DNA of 64,000 nt, taken from a virus (Duplodnaviria; Caudoviricetes). The stretch lies in the IMG/VR virus record IMGVR_UViG_2562617096_000005; one strand, written 5' to 3'. The notes under the pieces were generated by a model that saw nothing but the letters and a program-made list of their open reading frames with translations, was not told the origin of the DNA and ran no database searches. Shown here one piece after another: positions 53,918-64,000 of the stretch. The stretch's first letter is position 1. Each line of letters starts with the position of its first letter. The translations under genes were made by a program, and so were the position numbers.

Positions 53918-55537
53918 ATGCAAAACAATTTTATAAAAGATTTTGTAGCAGATGGCGAATTATATTTGAAACCAAAAGGATTAAATTTTGCAGAAGCTGT
54001 AAAAGAAACACTAAATGAATTGCCATATAATGTGTCCATAAGTGAAAACGGTGCAATTGGATATAAGTCTTCAGGTCATGTTTTGGTAGATATTAACTAT
54101 ATGACAAGTTCGCTACGAAAGAAAACAGACAAAGAATTAATCAACTTGTTCCAAGCTGCTTATTATGAAAACCCAATGTATGCATGGAAATGGCTATTCT
54201 TCTTACGTGATATTAGAGGTGGGATGGGTGAAAGAGATACTTTTCACAGAATTATCAAGTATATGGCTGACTTTAGACCACATGAGATGACACTATTTAT
54301 TCCATATATAGCAGAATATGGACGATATGATGATACATGGGTATTGCTTGATACACAACTTAACAGTATAGTAATTAAAATGATAAACGCACAGCTTCAA
54401 GAAGATATTAAAAATTATACTGAAGATAAACCAATATCATTGCTTGCGAAGTGGCTACCAAAACGTAATGCAGAAAGTCATATATCAAGACATTATGCAA
54501 GACTTATTATTGAAGGGTTAGAACTCGATGATAAGACATACAATCGTATGTTGGTGAAATTGCGTAAGAAACTCAATTTGGTAGAAACTTTTATGTGTGC
54601 AAATCAATGGTCAGCAATTGACTACAATTCAGTACCTTCTAAAGCAAATCTATTATATCGAAACGCTTTTCTTAAACACGATCCAGAAAGAAGACAACAG
54701 TATCTTGAAGATTTGGCTAACGGAAAAGAAGGAGTAAAAATCAATGCTTCTACTAACTTTCCTCACGATATTGTGCATCAGTATGTTACTGTAGATGGAT
54801 ATGGTTGGAGTTATAAATTAAAAAAATATGATGAGACATTAGAACAACTTTGGAAAAATCAAAAAGATACTATTCAGTCAGCAGAAAATATTATGGTTAT
54901 TCAAGATGGTTCTGGAAGTATGTATCAACCAATAGATAGAAATTCTTCAGTGCAAGCAGAAGAAGTTGCAACAGCACTTTCTATTTACTTTGCTGAGAGA
55001 TGTTCTGGTCAATTCAATAATAAGTTTATGACATTTGGAAATAGACCAAGGTTTGTTGATATTAGCAACTGTCAAAATCTTAAAGAAAAAATTCAGATTA
55101 CTTTAAAAAATACAGATTGCAGTAATACGAATATTGAAAGAGTATTCCAGTTATTATTAGACACGGCTGTAAAAAACAACATGAAACAATCTGATTTGCC
55201 AAACACGCTATTGATGATTTCGGATATGGAATTTGACTGTATGACTTCAGGAAGAACAGATAAAGCAATGTTTGATGAATTTGCTAAAGAATATGAACGA
55301 TACGGATATAAATTACCAAGACTGGTGTTTTGGAATATTTGTTCAAGAACAGGAACAATCCCTGTTAGAGAAAATGCGAATGGAGTAGCACTTGTATCAG
55401 GATATTCTGTAAACATAATGAATATGGTATTAAGTAATGAATTAGACCCGTACAAATGCCTATTAAAACAGCTTAATACAGAAAGGTATCAGATTATTGA
55501 AGATAGATTTAAAGAACTGGAGGGAAAAAGCAAATGA
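53918..55537 (+). CDS. DUF2828 family protein (TROVE-like N-terminus + vWA)
   Basis: SENGA, RDIRGGMGER, YGRYDD, SLLAKWLP, VPSKA, DGSGSM, ISDMEFD, FWN, VSGYS. Confidence 0.85.
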   Translation: MQNNFIKDFVADGELYLKPKGLNFAEAVKETLNELPYNVSISENGAIGYKSSGHVLVDINYMTSSLRKKTDKELINLFQAAYYENPMYAWKWLFFLRDIRGGMGERDTFHRIIKYMADFRPHEMTLFIPYIAEYGRYDDTWVLLDTQLNSIVIKMINAQLQEDIKNYTEDKPISLLAKWLPKRNAESHISRHYARLIIEGLELDDKTYNRMLVKLRKKLNLVETFMCANQWSAIDYNSVPSKANLLYRNAFLKHDPERRQQYLEDLANGKEGVKINASTNFPHDIVHQYVTVDGYGWSYKLKKYDETLEQLWKNQKDTIQSAENIMVIQDGSGSMYQPIDRNSSVQAEEVATALSIYFAERCSGQFNNKFMTFGNRPRFVDISNCQNLKEKIQITLKNTDCSNTNIERVFQLLLDTAVKNNMKQSDLPNTLLMISDMEFDCMTSGRTDKAMFDEFAKEYERYGYKLPRLVFWNICSRTGTIPVRENANGVALVSGYSVNIMNMVLSNELDPYKCLLKQLNTERYQIIEDRFKELEGKSK

Positions 55538-58152
55538 ATTTGAATGGTTTAAATGACCAGCAAGTAGAAAAAAGCAGACAAAAATATGGTAGCAATAAGC
55601 TGCCAGAACCAAAGCAAAAGACGTGGTTTAATTTTTTTACAGACGGATTAAAGGATAAAATCACAATTATTCTAATCATGATGGCTGGAGTTTTCTTTGC
55701 TCTTGCATTTCTAGGAGTAGAAAGTTTTAGTGAGCCTGTTATTATTTTAGCAGTGTTAGCAATTGTGAGTGGAATTAATGTTAGAACAAATCTATCAATA
55801 CAGAAATCAAATAATAGTCTAAGAGCAAAAACGGCGGTTAGATATTGTAATGTAATTAGAAATGGTTCTGTTGTAAAAATCAATAAAGATGATATTGTAG
55901 TTGGCGATATTATATGTCTTGAAATGGGACAGGAAATCTTTGCAGATGGTTACATTGTTGAAGGTGAAATTGCTGTAAGTAACGCTGCAATTAATGGTGA
56001 AACAAAAGAATGTAAAAAACATTACATTTCAGGATTTAAATATCCAGAAGAAATAACTACAGACCATTATACAGATGAAACGTGCGTATTTGCCGGAACA
56101 ACTGTTATGTCTGGTGAAGCAAAAATGTTAGTACAGACAGTTGGTATTAACACTGTCAATGGAGACACACTGGTAAAAATGCAAACATTAGAGCCTACTA
56201 AAACTGCTTTAGATATTGCATTAGATAAGTTAGCTGATTTTATTTCTAAATGGGGAACAGTGGCAGCCTTTGGAGGATTTTTAATCGCAACAGCAACAGG
56301 TATCTTAGAAGTTGGATTTAGAGAATACTTTTCAGGAGATGTGTTACAGATAATAAGAACAATCGCTGAAAACATTTCAGTAGCCCTGACAATTATTGTA
56401 GCTGCTGTACCAGAAGGATTACCAATGATTGTAAAATTTGTTACTAAAATGAATGTTAAGACAATGGAAAAGGCAAATATTCTTACAAAAAATCCTTCAA
56501 AGATACCAGAATTGGCTTATGTGAATTACGTATGTACAGATAAAACAGGAACATTGACAACAGGTGTTATGACACCAAAAGAAATTATTACTGGTGACAT
56601 GAAATCTCAAAAAATAAATAAAGATAATCTACCAGAAATTCTTAAAGAAAATATAGCTTTAACAAGCGGAAGCTTATTTGATGAAAAAGGAAAAATTACT
56701 GGTGGCAATTCAATAGATAGAGCAATGCTTAGTCTTCTTAATCAATCTGAATTCAATTCTATTTTGACTCAAAACCCAAAATCTAAAAAACAGCCTTTCA
56801 ATAGTCAATTTAAGTATTCAGCGTTTTCTACAAGCTGTGAGTTTGGAGATACTTCCTATTATAAGGGTGCTCCTGAAAAGATTTTATCCAATTGTAAATA
56901 CAGACTAGAAAATGGGAAAATTGTCGAAATGACAGATGAGGATAGAATAAATATCTTGAGTGAAATCTATGACCTTACCACGAAAGCAATGAGATGTATT
57001 GCATTTGCATACAATATGGAAGCTTTAGAGGAAAATGTAATACCAGAAGATTTAGTATTCACAGCAGTAATTGGAGTACAAGATCCAGTTCGTAAAGAAG
57101 TTCCTGATGCTGTTAAGACAGCAAAAGAGGCTGGAATTACAGTAGTAGAAATTACAGGAGACTGTATTGAAACAGCAGTTGCAGTAGCTCAAGAAGCTGG
57201 TATTTATGAAAAAGGTGATATGGCTTTAACTGATGCAGAGTTTTCTGGAATGACAGATGAAGAAATTAAAGACATTATTCCACGTTTAAGAGTTATTGCT
57301 AGATGTTCTCCTACAACAAAATTGAGACTTATTACATTAGCTCAGGAGCTTGGATATTCCACAGCAATGACAGGTGACGGTACAAATGATGCACCAGCAT
57401 TAACAAAATCTGACGTTGGTTTCGCCATGAATAGTGGCACTGATGTGGCAAAAGAAGCTGGTGATATTATCCTTGTAGACGATAACTTTGCTTCTATTGT
57501 AAAAGGAGTAAAACTTGGAAGAACATTTATGCACAATATTCTTATGTTCTTGAATTTCCAGTTGCCAATCAATTATTCACTTCTTGCTATGAACTTCTTA
57601 TATCCAGTCTTTTTAACAGGCTCTTTCTTAACATCAGCTCTTATTCTTATTATCAACATTATTATGGACTCTTTGAACTCCTTATCATTTGGTGGTGAAC
57701 CTCCAAAAGATGAATATATGAAAGAACAACCTTTAAAGAAAGGTGAAGGATTATTTGTAAATGGAAGTAAAAAACATATTGCTATTAACGCATGTATCTT
57801 CTCTTTAGCGTTTGGTTTAATGATTTTTAGTCCAATTAAGCATTTATTTGCAACTGAAGCCGCTGGATTATCAGCGAGATTTGCTTTACTTTGCTTTATG
57901 GCGGTATTAAATGGCTTTACTCTTAGAACAGATAGTAGAAACCTGTTTAAAGGATTAAGCAAGAATAAATTATTCTATCGAATTGCTATTGGGATTTTCG
58001 TAGGAACTATTGCTCTTGTACAGTTTGGGGGAAGCGTATTACATACAGCTTCATTGAACTTAACTCAGTGGTTAGCAGTAACAGCATTATCCACAATCGT
58101 TCTGTTAGCAGATTTTATTAGAAAAACAATGAAGAAAAGGAGAAATAAATAA
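55534..58152 (+). CDS. P-type ATPase (Ca2+-transporting type II-like)
   Basis: VPEGLP, DKTGTLT, KGAPE, TGDGTNDAPAL, transmembrane helices. Confidence 0.95.
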   Translation: MNLNGLNDQQVEKSRQKYGSNKLPEPKQKTWFNFFTDGLKDKITIILIMMAGVFFALAFLGVESFSEPVIILAVLAIVSGINVRTNLSIQKSNNSLRAKTAVRYCNVIRNGSVVKINKDDIVVGDIICLEMGQEIFADGYIVEGEIAVSNAAINGETKECKKHYISGFKYPEEITTDHYTDETCVFAGTTVMSGEAKMLVQTVGINTVNGDTLVKMQTLEPTKTALDIALDKLADFISKWGTVAAFGGFLIATATGILEVGFREYFSGDVLQIIRTIAENISVALTIIVAAVPEGLPMIVKFVTKMNVKTMEKANILTKNPSKIPELAYVNYVCTDKTGTLTTGVMTPKEIITGDMKSQKINKDNLPEILKENIALTSGSLFDEKGKITGGNSIDRAMLSLLNQSEFNSILTQNPKSKKQPFNSQFKYSAFSTSCEFGDTSYYKGAPEKILSNCKYRLENGKIVEMTDEDRINILSEIYDLTTKAMRCIAFAYNMEALEENVIPEDLVFTAVIGVQDPVRKEVPDAVKTAKEAGITVVEITGDCIETAVAVAQEAGIYEKGDMALTDAEFSGMTDEEIKDIIPRLRVIARCSPTTKLRLITLAQELGYSTAMTGDGTNDAPALTKSDVGFAMNSGTDVAKEAGDIILVDDNFASIVKGVKLGRTFMHNILMFLNFQLPINYSLLAMNFLYPVFLTGSFLTSALILIINIIMDSLNSLSFGGEPPKDEYMKEQPLKKGEGLFVNGSKKHIAINACIFSLAFGLMIFSPIKHLFATEAAGLSARFALLCFMAVLNGFTLRTDSRNLFKGLSKNKLFYRIAIGIFVGTIALVQFGGSVLHTASLNLTQWLAVTALSTIVLLADFIRKTMKKRRNK

Positions 58153-58898
58153 TGGGATTTTTCAGTTTTTTAAATGGAAATAAAAATGAAACTGAGTCTG
58201 GGCACAATAGTGCACCAGCTCAGGAAACTAAAAAAGTATGTATTGATATGTCAAAAGAGAATTTGAATAAAGTTTTAATTAACATGTCAAAAGATAACAA
58301 GATTGATATGACAAAACATACGGCAAGAGTTGCAGTTGCAATGGATTATAGTGGAAGTATGAGCGATGAATTTAGAGAAGGAAAAGTACAGGATGTAATT
58401 ACAAGACTTCTTCCTATTGCCTTGAGGTTTGATGATAATAAAGAACTGGAATGTTGGCTATTTTCAAATGGAGAAGAAAGACTTGAAGTTATTACTGAAA
58501 AGAATTATGAAAACTATGTAGATAAAGTAATGTTGAAAGCACGTATGGGCATGGGAGGTACGGAATATGCACCTGTATTAACAAGTATGGTTCATCACTA
58601 TAAAGATATTGAGCCTAGCACAATTCCTGCATTTATCATGTTTATTACAGATGGAGATAACTGGGATAAAGAAAAAACAAATGACATTATCAGGGAATTA
58701 TCCGCATACAACATATTTGTCCAGTTTGTAGGAATTGGAAATGATAATTTTAAATATCTGAAATCTTTGGACGACATGAAAGGCAGAGAGAATGATAATA
58801 CAGGGTTTATCTCTGTAAAAGATATTGCAAAATTAGATGATGAGCAGCTATATACAGAGCTTTTGAGACAATATAAAGATTGGTTAGCGAATAAATAG
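58152..58898 (+). CDS. vWA domain protein (Ter-associated)
   Basis: DYSGSM, GGTEY, FITDG, QFVGIG, DNTGF. Confidence 0.88.
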   Translation: MGFFSFLNGNKNETESGHNSAPAQETKKVCIDMSKENLNKVLINMSKDNKIDMTKHTARVAVAMDYSGSMSDEFREGKVQDVITRLLPIALRFDDNKELECWLFSNGEERLEVITEKNYENYVDKVMLKARMGMGGTEYAPVLTSMVHHYKDIEPSTIPAFIMFITDGDNWDKEKTNDIIRELSAYNIFVQFVGIGNDNFKYLKSLDDMKGRENDNTGFISVKDIAKLDDEQLYTELLRQYKDWLANK

Positions 58899-58910
58899 GA
58901 GGAAGAAAAA

Positions 58911-59552
58911 ATGCCAGTAATTGATATGAGTAAAAATCAAAAAATTAACATGACAAAAGAAGATGGAAGCAACATTAAAAATATTTTCATTGGTGTGCGT
59001 TGGGATATGAATAGATTTTCCGGCGAAGGAGATATTGATTTTGATATACATGGGTTCTTAACAAACAGCGATAAAAAAGTTCAATATCCTTCAGATATCG
59101 TGAATTTTAGTACATACGGAGATGGAAAAAATTATCCGTGGGTTGAATACTCTGGAGATAACAGAACAGGCGATGACTCACAGGGTATTGAATTTAATGG
59201 GAGACATTTTGATGAGTATTTTATTGTTCACGCTGATAAGTTTCCAGCAAACAAAACAGACTTTACAATTTGCTTAACAATTTTCAGAGCAATTCAACGA
59301 TTGCAGAATTTTGGCATGGTAAATAATGCAATGGTTACAGTATATGACTATGACAATCCGTCAGGTTTTGAAGCAAACTTTGATTTATCAGAAGATGAAA
59401 AGTTTGAAAAATTAAATGCTGTGGAGCTTGGAAGATTATACAAGCATAACGGTGGATTTAAATTTCAGGCAATTGGTTCTGGTTATACAGGCGGTATGGT
59501 TGAATTATTTAAAACATTTGATTTAGACATTGATGAAGGTAGGGATGCTTAA
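58911..59552 (+). CDS. TerD family protein
   Basis: GVRWD...DFD, SGDNRTG, QNFG, ELGRLYKHNGGFKFQAIG. Confidence 0.88.
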   Translation: MPVIDMSKNQKINMTKEDGSNIKNIFIGVRWDMNRFSGEGDIDFDIHGFLTNSDKKVQYPSDIVNFSTYGDGKNYPWVEYSGDNRTGDDSQGIEFNGRHFDEYFIVHADKFPANKTDFTICLTIFRAIQRLQNFGMVNNAMVTVYDYDNPSGFEANFDLSEDEKFEKLNAVELGRLYKHNGGFKFQAIGSGYTGGMVELFKTFDLDIDEGRDA

Positions 59553-60295
59553 TGACTTTCGCAACGGTATTACTTTTATTAACTGTTGGTATTGTTGGAG
59601 GAATTCTTTTGTTTACAAAAATAGGCAAAAGAATTCGCCTTAGAGCAACAGGAACAATCAATGAAAAATTAAGTGAAGATGCATCTACTCCTGAAGGTGC
59701 AAAAGCATATTTTAATGCTGCTATTGAAAAGAAAGAAGAAGATTATTCTAAAGCAAGTGCTAACTATAGTCAAATTCTTGGAAAATTATCTGCATTTGAA
59801 AAAGATTTAAGAACACTCCAAAAAGATGAAATGAAAGTTAATATGGATATTGACTCTTGCGTATCTCGTGGTGATGATGAAGGGGCTAAAACATATTTGA
59901 AAATGCAGCAAGAAATTACAGATAAGATGGAAGTTCTCAAAGAAGGTATTAAGGATTTGAAAGAGAACGAAAGGTTGCAGAAAGAGACAGTTGATAAGCT
60001 CTATGATGATTTGGCACAGTTAAAAGCTGAAAAAGAAAAAACCGTATTCACTTTGGAAACAGTAGAAGCTACAAAATCTTTGAAAGCTGATACCACAGTG
60101 TCTTCAAATGAAGAAGATAAAATGTTAGAAAAAGTCAGAGATGGAGTCAGAAAAGCAAGAGAAGAGTCTGAAGGAAACAGAATAGCTTATGAAAATTCTG
60201 CTAGCGTGCAGAAAAAACGTCTGGATAAAAAAATGAAAGACGAAGAAATCAATAAGAAGTTAGCTGAACTGAAAGCAAAGAAAGGAATGAAATAA
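59552..60295 (+). CDS. PspA/IM30-like coiled-coil protein with N-terminal TM
   Basis: TM helix, long coiled coil, KKLAELKAK end. Confidence 0.65.
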   Translation: MTFATVLLLLTVGIVGGILLFTKIGKRIRLRATGTINEKLSEDASTPEGAKAYFNAAIEKKEEDYSKASANYSQILGKLSAFEKDLRTLQKDEMKVNMDIDSCVSRGDDEGAKTYLKMQQEITDKMEVLKEGIKDLKENERLQKETVDKLYDDLAQLKAEKEKTVFTLETVEATKSLKADTTVSSNEEDKMLEKVRDGVRKAREESEGNRIAYENSASVQKKRLDKKMKDEEINKKLAELKAKKGMK

Positions 60296-60436
60296 TATGT
60301 GGGTTCTATTTCTTTTAGCGGTTTTAGGATATGCAGTGTTGGGATTGATAATTGTATGGATTGGAAATAAAGTTATCAATTCAATCAAAAAAGATGACAA
60401 AAAGATAGAAAAAGAATTGGAGGAAGACCATAAGCC

Positions 60437-61327
60437 ATGAAGAAAAAAGTTATAGCTAGTATTGTTTTAGTAGTTGCATTGGCAGGCGGAGTTTTTACAG
60501 TGAGCCAGATGGAAAAAATTCCAACAGGAAGAGTAGGAGTTCAATATTCATTGAATGGTGGAGTAAAAGATGAAGTATTGGACATGGGAGTACATTTTGT
60601 TCTTCCTGGTATTCACGTAAAAGAATTTACAATTGGAAATGAACAGTTAATTCTATCAAAAGATAAGAGAGAAGGAAGTGAAGGGGACGACTCTTTCAAA
60701 GTTGCTACTTCTGATGATGCAAGTATTTCTATTAGTTTTCAGATGTCCTATAGATATATTCCTGAAACAGTAGTAGATACATATAAGAAATTCAAAGGTA
60801 TGGATGGAGAAGATATTGTTGAACAGCGTGTGAAAACAGTGTTAAAATCAAAGATTTCTGAAATTACAACAGATTACAGTATGATGCAGTTATATAGTGG
60901 AAATAGATCAGAAATCAACGACAAAATCACTGAATATTTAAATGAAGAATTTGGCGAAGCGTATGGCATTGAAGTTTTGGATGCATCCATTATTGACGTT
61001 CATCCTGACGATAAGTTAAAGGCAGCAATTGATGATAGAGTGAAAGCTTTGCAGGAAAAACAGCAAGCGGAAGCAGAGCAGGAAAAAATTAAAGTTCAAA
61101 AAGAAACCGAAAAAATGCAAGCGGAAGCAGATGCTCAGATTGCAGTAACACAGGCTCAAGCAAAAGCAGAAAAAATGCGTATCGAAGCTCAGGCGGAGGC
61201 AGATGCAAATAATTTGAAATCTAACTCCATTACACCAGAACTCATTCAGATGAAAGAGGCAGAGGCAAGATTACAGCATGGTTGGGTAACTGTTCAGGGT
61301 GCAAATGCAGTAGTTAAGGAGGAATAA
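60437..61327 (+). CDS. SPFH/prohibitin domain protein
   Basis: TM, IPTGRVGV..., AEAEQ coiled coil, SITPELIQ. Confidence 0.9.
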   Translation: MKKKVIASIVLVVALAGGVFTVSQMEKIPTGRVGVQYSLNGGVKDEVLDMGVHFVLPGIHVKEFTIGNEQLILSKDKREGSEGDDSFKVATSDDASISISFQMSYRYIPETVVDTYKKFKGMDGEDIVEQRVKTVLKSKISEITTDYSMMQLYSGNRSEINDKITEYLNEEFGEAYGIEVLDASIIDVHPDDKLKAAIDDRVKALQEKQQAEAEQEKIKVQKETEKMQAEADAQIAVTQAQAKAEKMRIEAQAEADANNLKSNSITPELIQMKEAEARLQHGWVTVQGANAVVKEE

Positions 61328-61461
61328 AGTGAAAGAAAAATTCGCAAAAGTATTTACGGATACAGTAATTGTATTGCTAGGAACAATGACCGCTACATTC
61401 GCTGTAGATAAAGGCATTGCTATATATAAAAAAATCAAAGAGAAAAGAAAGGAATTAAAAA

Positions 61462-62436
61462 ATGTTGACAATGAAGAATACGAAACAGGAACTTTTTGAT
61501 GCATATTCAGAAGCATTGAAAAAAGTAGAGGAAGTTCAGAAAATGAAAGAAACGCCAGCGGATATGGCTGAAAATAAAAGAAAAGTAGCGGTTGAAGAAA
61601 ATGCTGCTCAGGCTGTAGAGAGCAATATTTTCAGTGATGAAATTACTCGACAGTACGAAGACTTAATGGAAACCATTGAAAATAAACAGAAAGAATTGCA
61701 AGAATTATATGATATTGAAGTAGAAGCATCTTCTCTGGCAGCTATTATTAATGCAGCTAAAGAAAAAGACTATCAATTAGAGGAAGAATTTAAAGCTAAA
61801 AGAGAAAAACTCATGGCTGAACACAAAGAGCTGATTAAAGTATATGAAGCTGAGTTAGATGACTTGATTTCTCAAAAAGACTCCGTGCGAGAAGAAGTAA
61901 GAGCTGCGAGAGCAGAAGAAATTGCAAAAGTAAAACAGGAACGTCAACGTGAAGAAGAAGAGTATGGATACAATCTGACACGTCAGCGTAAGATTGAAAA
62001 TGATAAATGGGAAGATGAAAAAGCAGAACGTGAAAAAGTTTTAAATGCAAAGGAAGAGGCTGCTGACAATATGTTTGTAGAAGCAGAAAGCAAATTAGAC
62101 GAACTGGAAAGATTGCGTGAAAAAGTTGCAGAAATTCCAGAATTGATTGCAAATGCTGAGAAAGAAGCAAAAGAACTTGGTCAGAAAGAAGCTGCAAAAG
62201 AGTATGGTTATAAGAAAACCATGTATGAAAAAGAAAAAGAATATGAAATTGCAAAATTGGAAGACAAAGTTTCTATGCTTGAAGAAAAATTAGAACAGGA
62301 AGAAAGTAAAACAACTACATTACAGTCTAAGTTAGATGATGCTTATACTAAAATGAACACACTAGCATCTGAAACAGTTAAAGCAAATGGTGCAGTTCGT
62401 ATTGTATCATCTGGTACAACTCCAGCTTCTAAATAA
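61462..62436 (+). CDS. Coiled-coil hypothetical protein
   Basis: TKQELFDAY; R.REEEEY.Y pattern. Confidence 0.7.
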   Translation: MLTMKNTKQELFDAYSEALKKVEEVQKMKETPADMAENKRKVAVEENAAQAVESNIFSDEITRQYEDLMETIENKQKELQELYDIEVEASSLAAIINAAKEKDYQLEEEFKAKREKLMAEHKELIKVYEAELDDLISQKDSVREEVRAARAEEIAKVKQERQREEEEYGYNLTRQRKIENDKWEDEKAEREKVLNAKEEAADNMFVEAESKLDELERLREKVAEIPELIANAEKEAKELGQKEAAKEYGYKKTMYEKEKEYEIAKLEDKVSMLEEKLEQEESKTTTLQSKLDDAYTKMNTLASETVKANGAVRIVSSGTTPASK

Positions 62437-62438
62437 TC

Positions 62439-62603
62439 ATGTCTTACAGAGAAATTCTAAAACAGTCTGAATATTCATTTCTTAGAGAAAACCCACATTT
62501 AGGAAATAACATCTGCTTGATTGGTATGGGAGGTTCTATTGCTTATGGAACTAACCTGCCAACAAGCGATGTGGATATTAACAGGGGTAAACATGCACAT
62601 TGA
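62439..62603 (+). pseudogene. 5' fragment of a pol-beta-superfamily nucleotidyltransferase
   Basis: MSYREILK...GGSIAYGTNLPTSDVDINRG then stop. Confidence 0.7.
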
Positions 62604-63762
62604 TAGGATAAAAAATTTCATTTCTATGTATCCACAAATATATTCAGATGAAAATACAGATAAAATAAATGAAATCAAAACAAACCGAAAATATATATGG
62701 ATTTGCAACAAAGGACATAAATTTGAGGCATTGCCATCGAACATTATAAAAGATGATGGATTTCATTGTACAGTATGTAGCAATCATACGGTTTTACAGG
62801 GGTATAACGACATGGCTACAACACATCCAGAATGTATGAAATATCTTTTGAATTTAGAAGATGGATATAAATATACTTTTGGTTCTAATAAAAAAATCTA
62901 TTGGAAATGTCCTGATTGTGGATATGTAATGTATAAAGCTCCAAACAAGTTTCTTACCAATAAGAATAAATGCAATAACTGTAATGATTTTATTAGCTAC
63001 GGTGAAAAATATGTGTCAAAATTTTTAGATTTAATGAATACTAATTACACTAAACATGTATCTTTTAAATGGTCTGGGAAAAAATCATACGATTTTTATT
63101 TAAAAGATTATATGTGTATTATTGAAGTTCACGGGAAACAACATTACATAGAGAGCGGTTTTACAGATTTAGGTGGAAGAACATTAAAACAAGAAAAAGC
63201 AAATGATGATTTCAAAAAAGATATTGCAAGTAAAAATGGAATACAACACTATATAGAAATAAACGCTCGTAATTCAGATGCAGACTATATTAAAAACAGT
63301 ATTTTACAAAGTAATATCGAAACAGTTTTAAACCAAAAAATAACATTATCAGATGAACAGTGGGAGCTATGTCATGTGGCTACCTGTAATAATATGTTAA
63401 AAACAGTGTGTGATATTTATGAAAATAAAACTAAATCAATAAAAGAAATATCCAGAGAAGTGGGATATTGCAGAAATACTATTGTATCTTGGTTAAAAAA
63501 GGGAGCTAAAATTGGATGGTGTTCTTATGATTCTAAAGAAGCGGTTTTAAAGGCAAACAAGGAAACTTCAAAACGTACAGTAAAAACCATGTCAAAGCCG
63601 ATTTTTCAGATGACGAAAGATTTAAAAATAATTGGTGAATATCCTAGCATTAACGAAGCACAACGAAAGTTGCATATTTCACATATATGGGATGTCATAG
63701 TTGGAAGAAGGCAATCAGCAGGAGGATATATATGGGGATATCAAGAGCTTGACATGAATTGA
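62593..63762 (+). CDS. Zn-ribbon / PD-(D/E)xK-Vsr-like homing endonuclease with NUMOD1-like tail
   Basis: WICNKGH...CTVC, WKCPDC, ISYGE...YDFYL...IEVHGKQHY, YPSINEA...SAGGYIW. Confidence 0.75.
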   Translation: MHIDRIKNFISMYPQIYSDENTDKINEIKTNRKYIWICNKGHKFEALPSNIIKDDGFHCTVCSNHTVLQGYNDMATTHPECMKYLLNLEDGYKYTFGSNKKIYWKCPDCGYVMYKAPNKFLTNKNKCNNCNDFISYGEKYVSKFLDLMNTNYTKHVSFKWSGKKSYDFYLKDYMCIIEVHGKQHYIESGFTDLGGRTLKQEKANDDFKKDIASKNGIQHYIEINARNSDADYIKNSILQSNIETVLNQKITLSDEQWELCHVATCNNMLKTVCDIYENKTKSIKEISREVGYCRNTIVSWLKKGAKIGWCSYDSKEAVLKANKETSKRTVKTMSKPIFQMTKDLKIIGEYPSINEAQRKLHISHIWDVIVGRRQSAGGYIWGYQELDMN

Positions 63763-63804
63763 CTTTAACTTAATTAAACATAGATGAAAAGAGGTGAGTG
63801 AAAA

Positions 63805-64000
63805 CTGAGTATATTACCCAAATTATTTATGATGATTGGTATTCCCGGTAGTGGAAAATCACAAGAAGCAGAGATAATTGCAAAAGAACATAACGCAGTA
63901 ATTCATGCTTCTGATAGATTGCGAGAAGAGTTGTTCCGAGATGTAAACCACATGGGAGATAATGGCTTTCTTTTTAATGAACTTCATAAAAGAATTCAGA
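63805..64000 (+). CDS. Polynucleotide-kinase-like P-loop protein (partial)
   Basis: LFMMIGIPGSGKS...SDRLREEL; runs off the window. Confidence 0.7.
   Translation, partial: MSILPKLFMMIGIPGSGKSQEAEIIAKEHNAVIHASDRLREELFRDVNHMGDNGFLFNELHKRIQ

Noticed and set aside
62521-62592. Annotated N-terminal extension of the endonuclease
   Set aside because: Overlaps the nucleotidyltransferase fragment in another frame; ATG at 62593 has an RBS

Overview
The window is mostly a large, AT-rich (roughly 30% GC by eye) Clostridia/Lachnospiraceae-type phage or prophage with SPbeta-like hallmarks: a YonO-like single-subunit RNA polymerase, a tyrosine integrase followed by an MrpR/YopR-like degenerate recombinase, an NAD-dependent ligase, and a tRNA cluster. 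Bases 1-~1727 are the higher-GC end of a serine-recombinase mobile element that appears inserted into the 3' end of the RNAP gene. That gene is also split at its catalytic D-F-D-S-D motif by an HNH-containing group I intron. Genes run leftward up to ~17.2 kb and rightward after it; the switch region has DnaA boxes and a G-rich tract. Three candidate unusual systems stand out. (1) A non-retron, non-DGR reverse transcriptase (27567-28847) is preceded by five ~105-140 nt structured non-coding units in two clusters; the units share a scaffold with co-varying terminal stems but carry different central hairpins, like an array of retron-style templates. (2) A TnpB/Cas12f-like nuclease is followed by two duplicated leader/anti-repeat + 4-repeat CRISPR mini-arrays with type I-C-like repeat ends; the anti-repeats track their own repeat sequence. 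(3) tRNA-like RNAs carrying a conserved ~50 nt 'TACAGCAA' insertion module lie directly upstream of a DUF2828 (TROVE/vWA-like) gene. Also present: a DGR-like variable region with no template seen in the window, a P-type ATPase/vWA/TerD/PspA/SPFH membrane-stress operon, and HicAB. Three genes are broken by a single extra A in a homopolymer, which suggests sequencing error. All family assignments come from motif recognition; no database searches were run.
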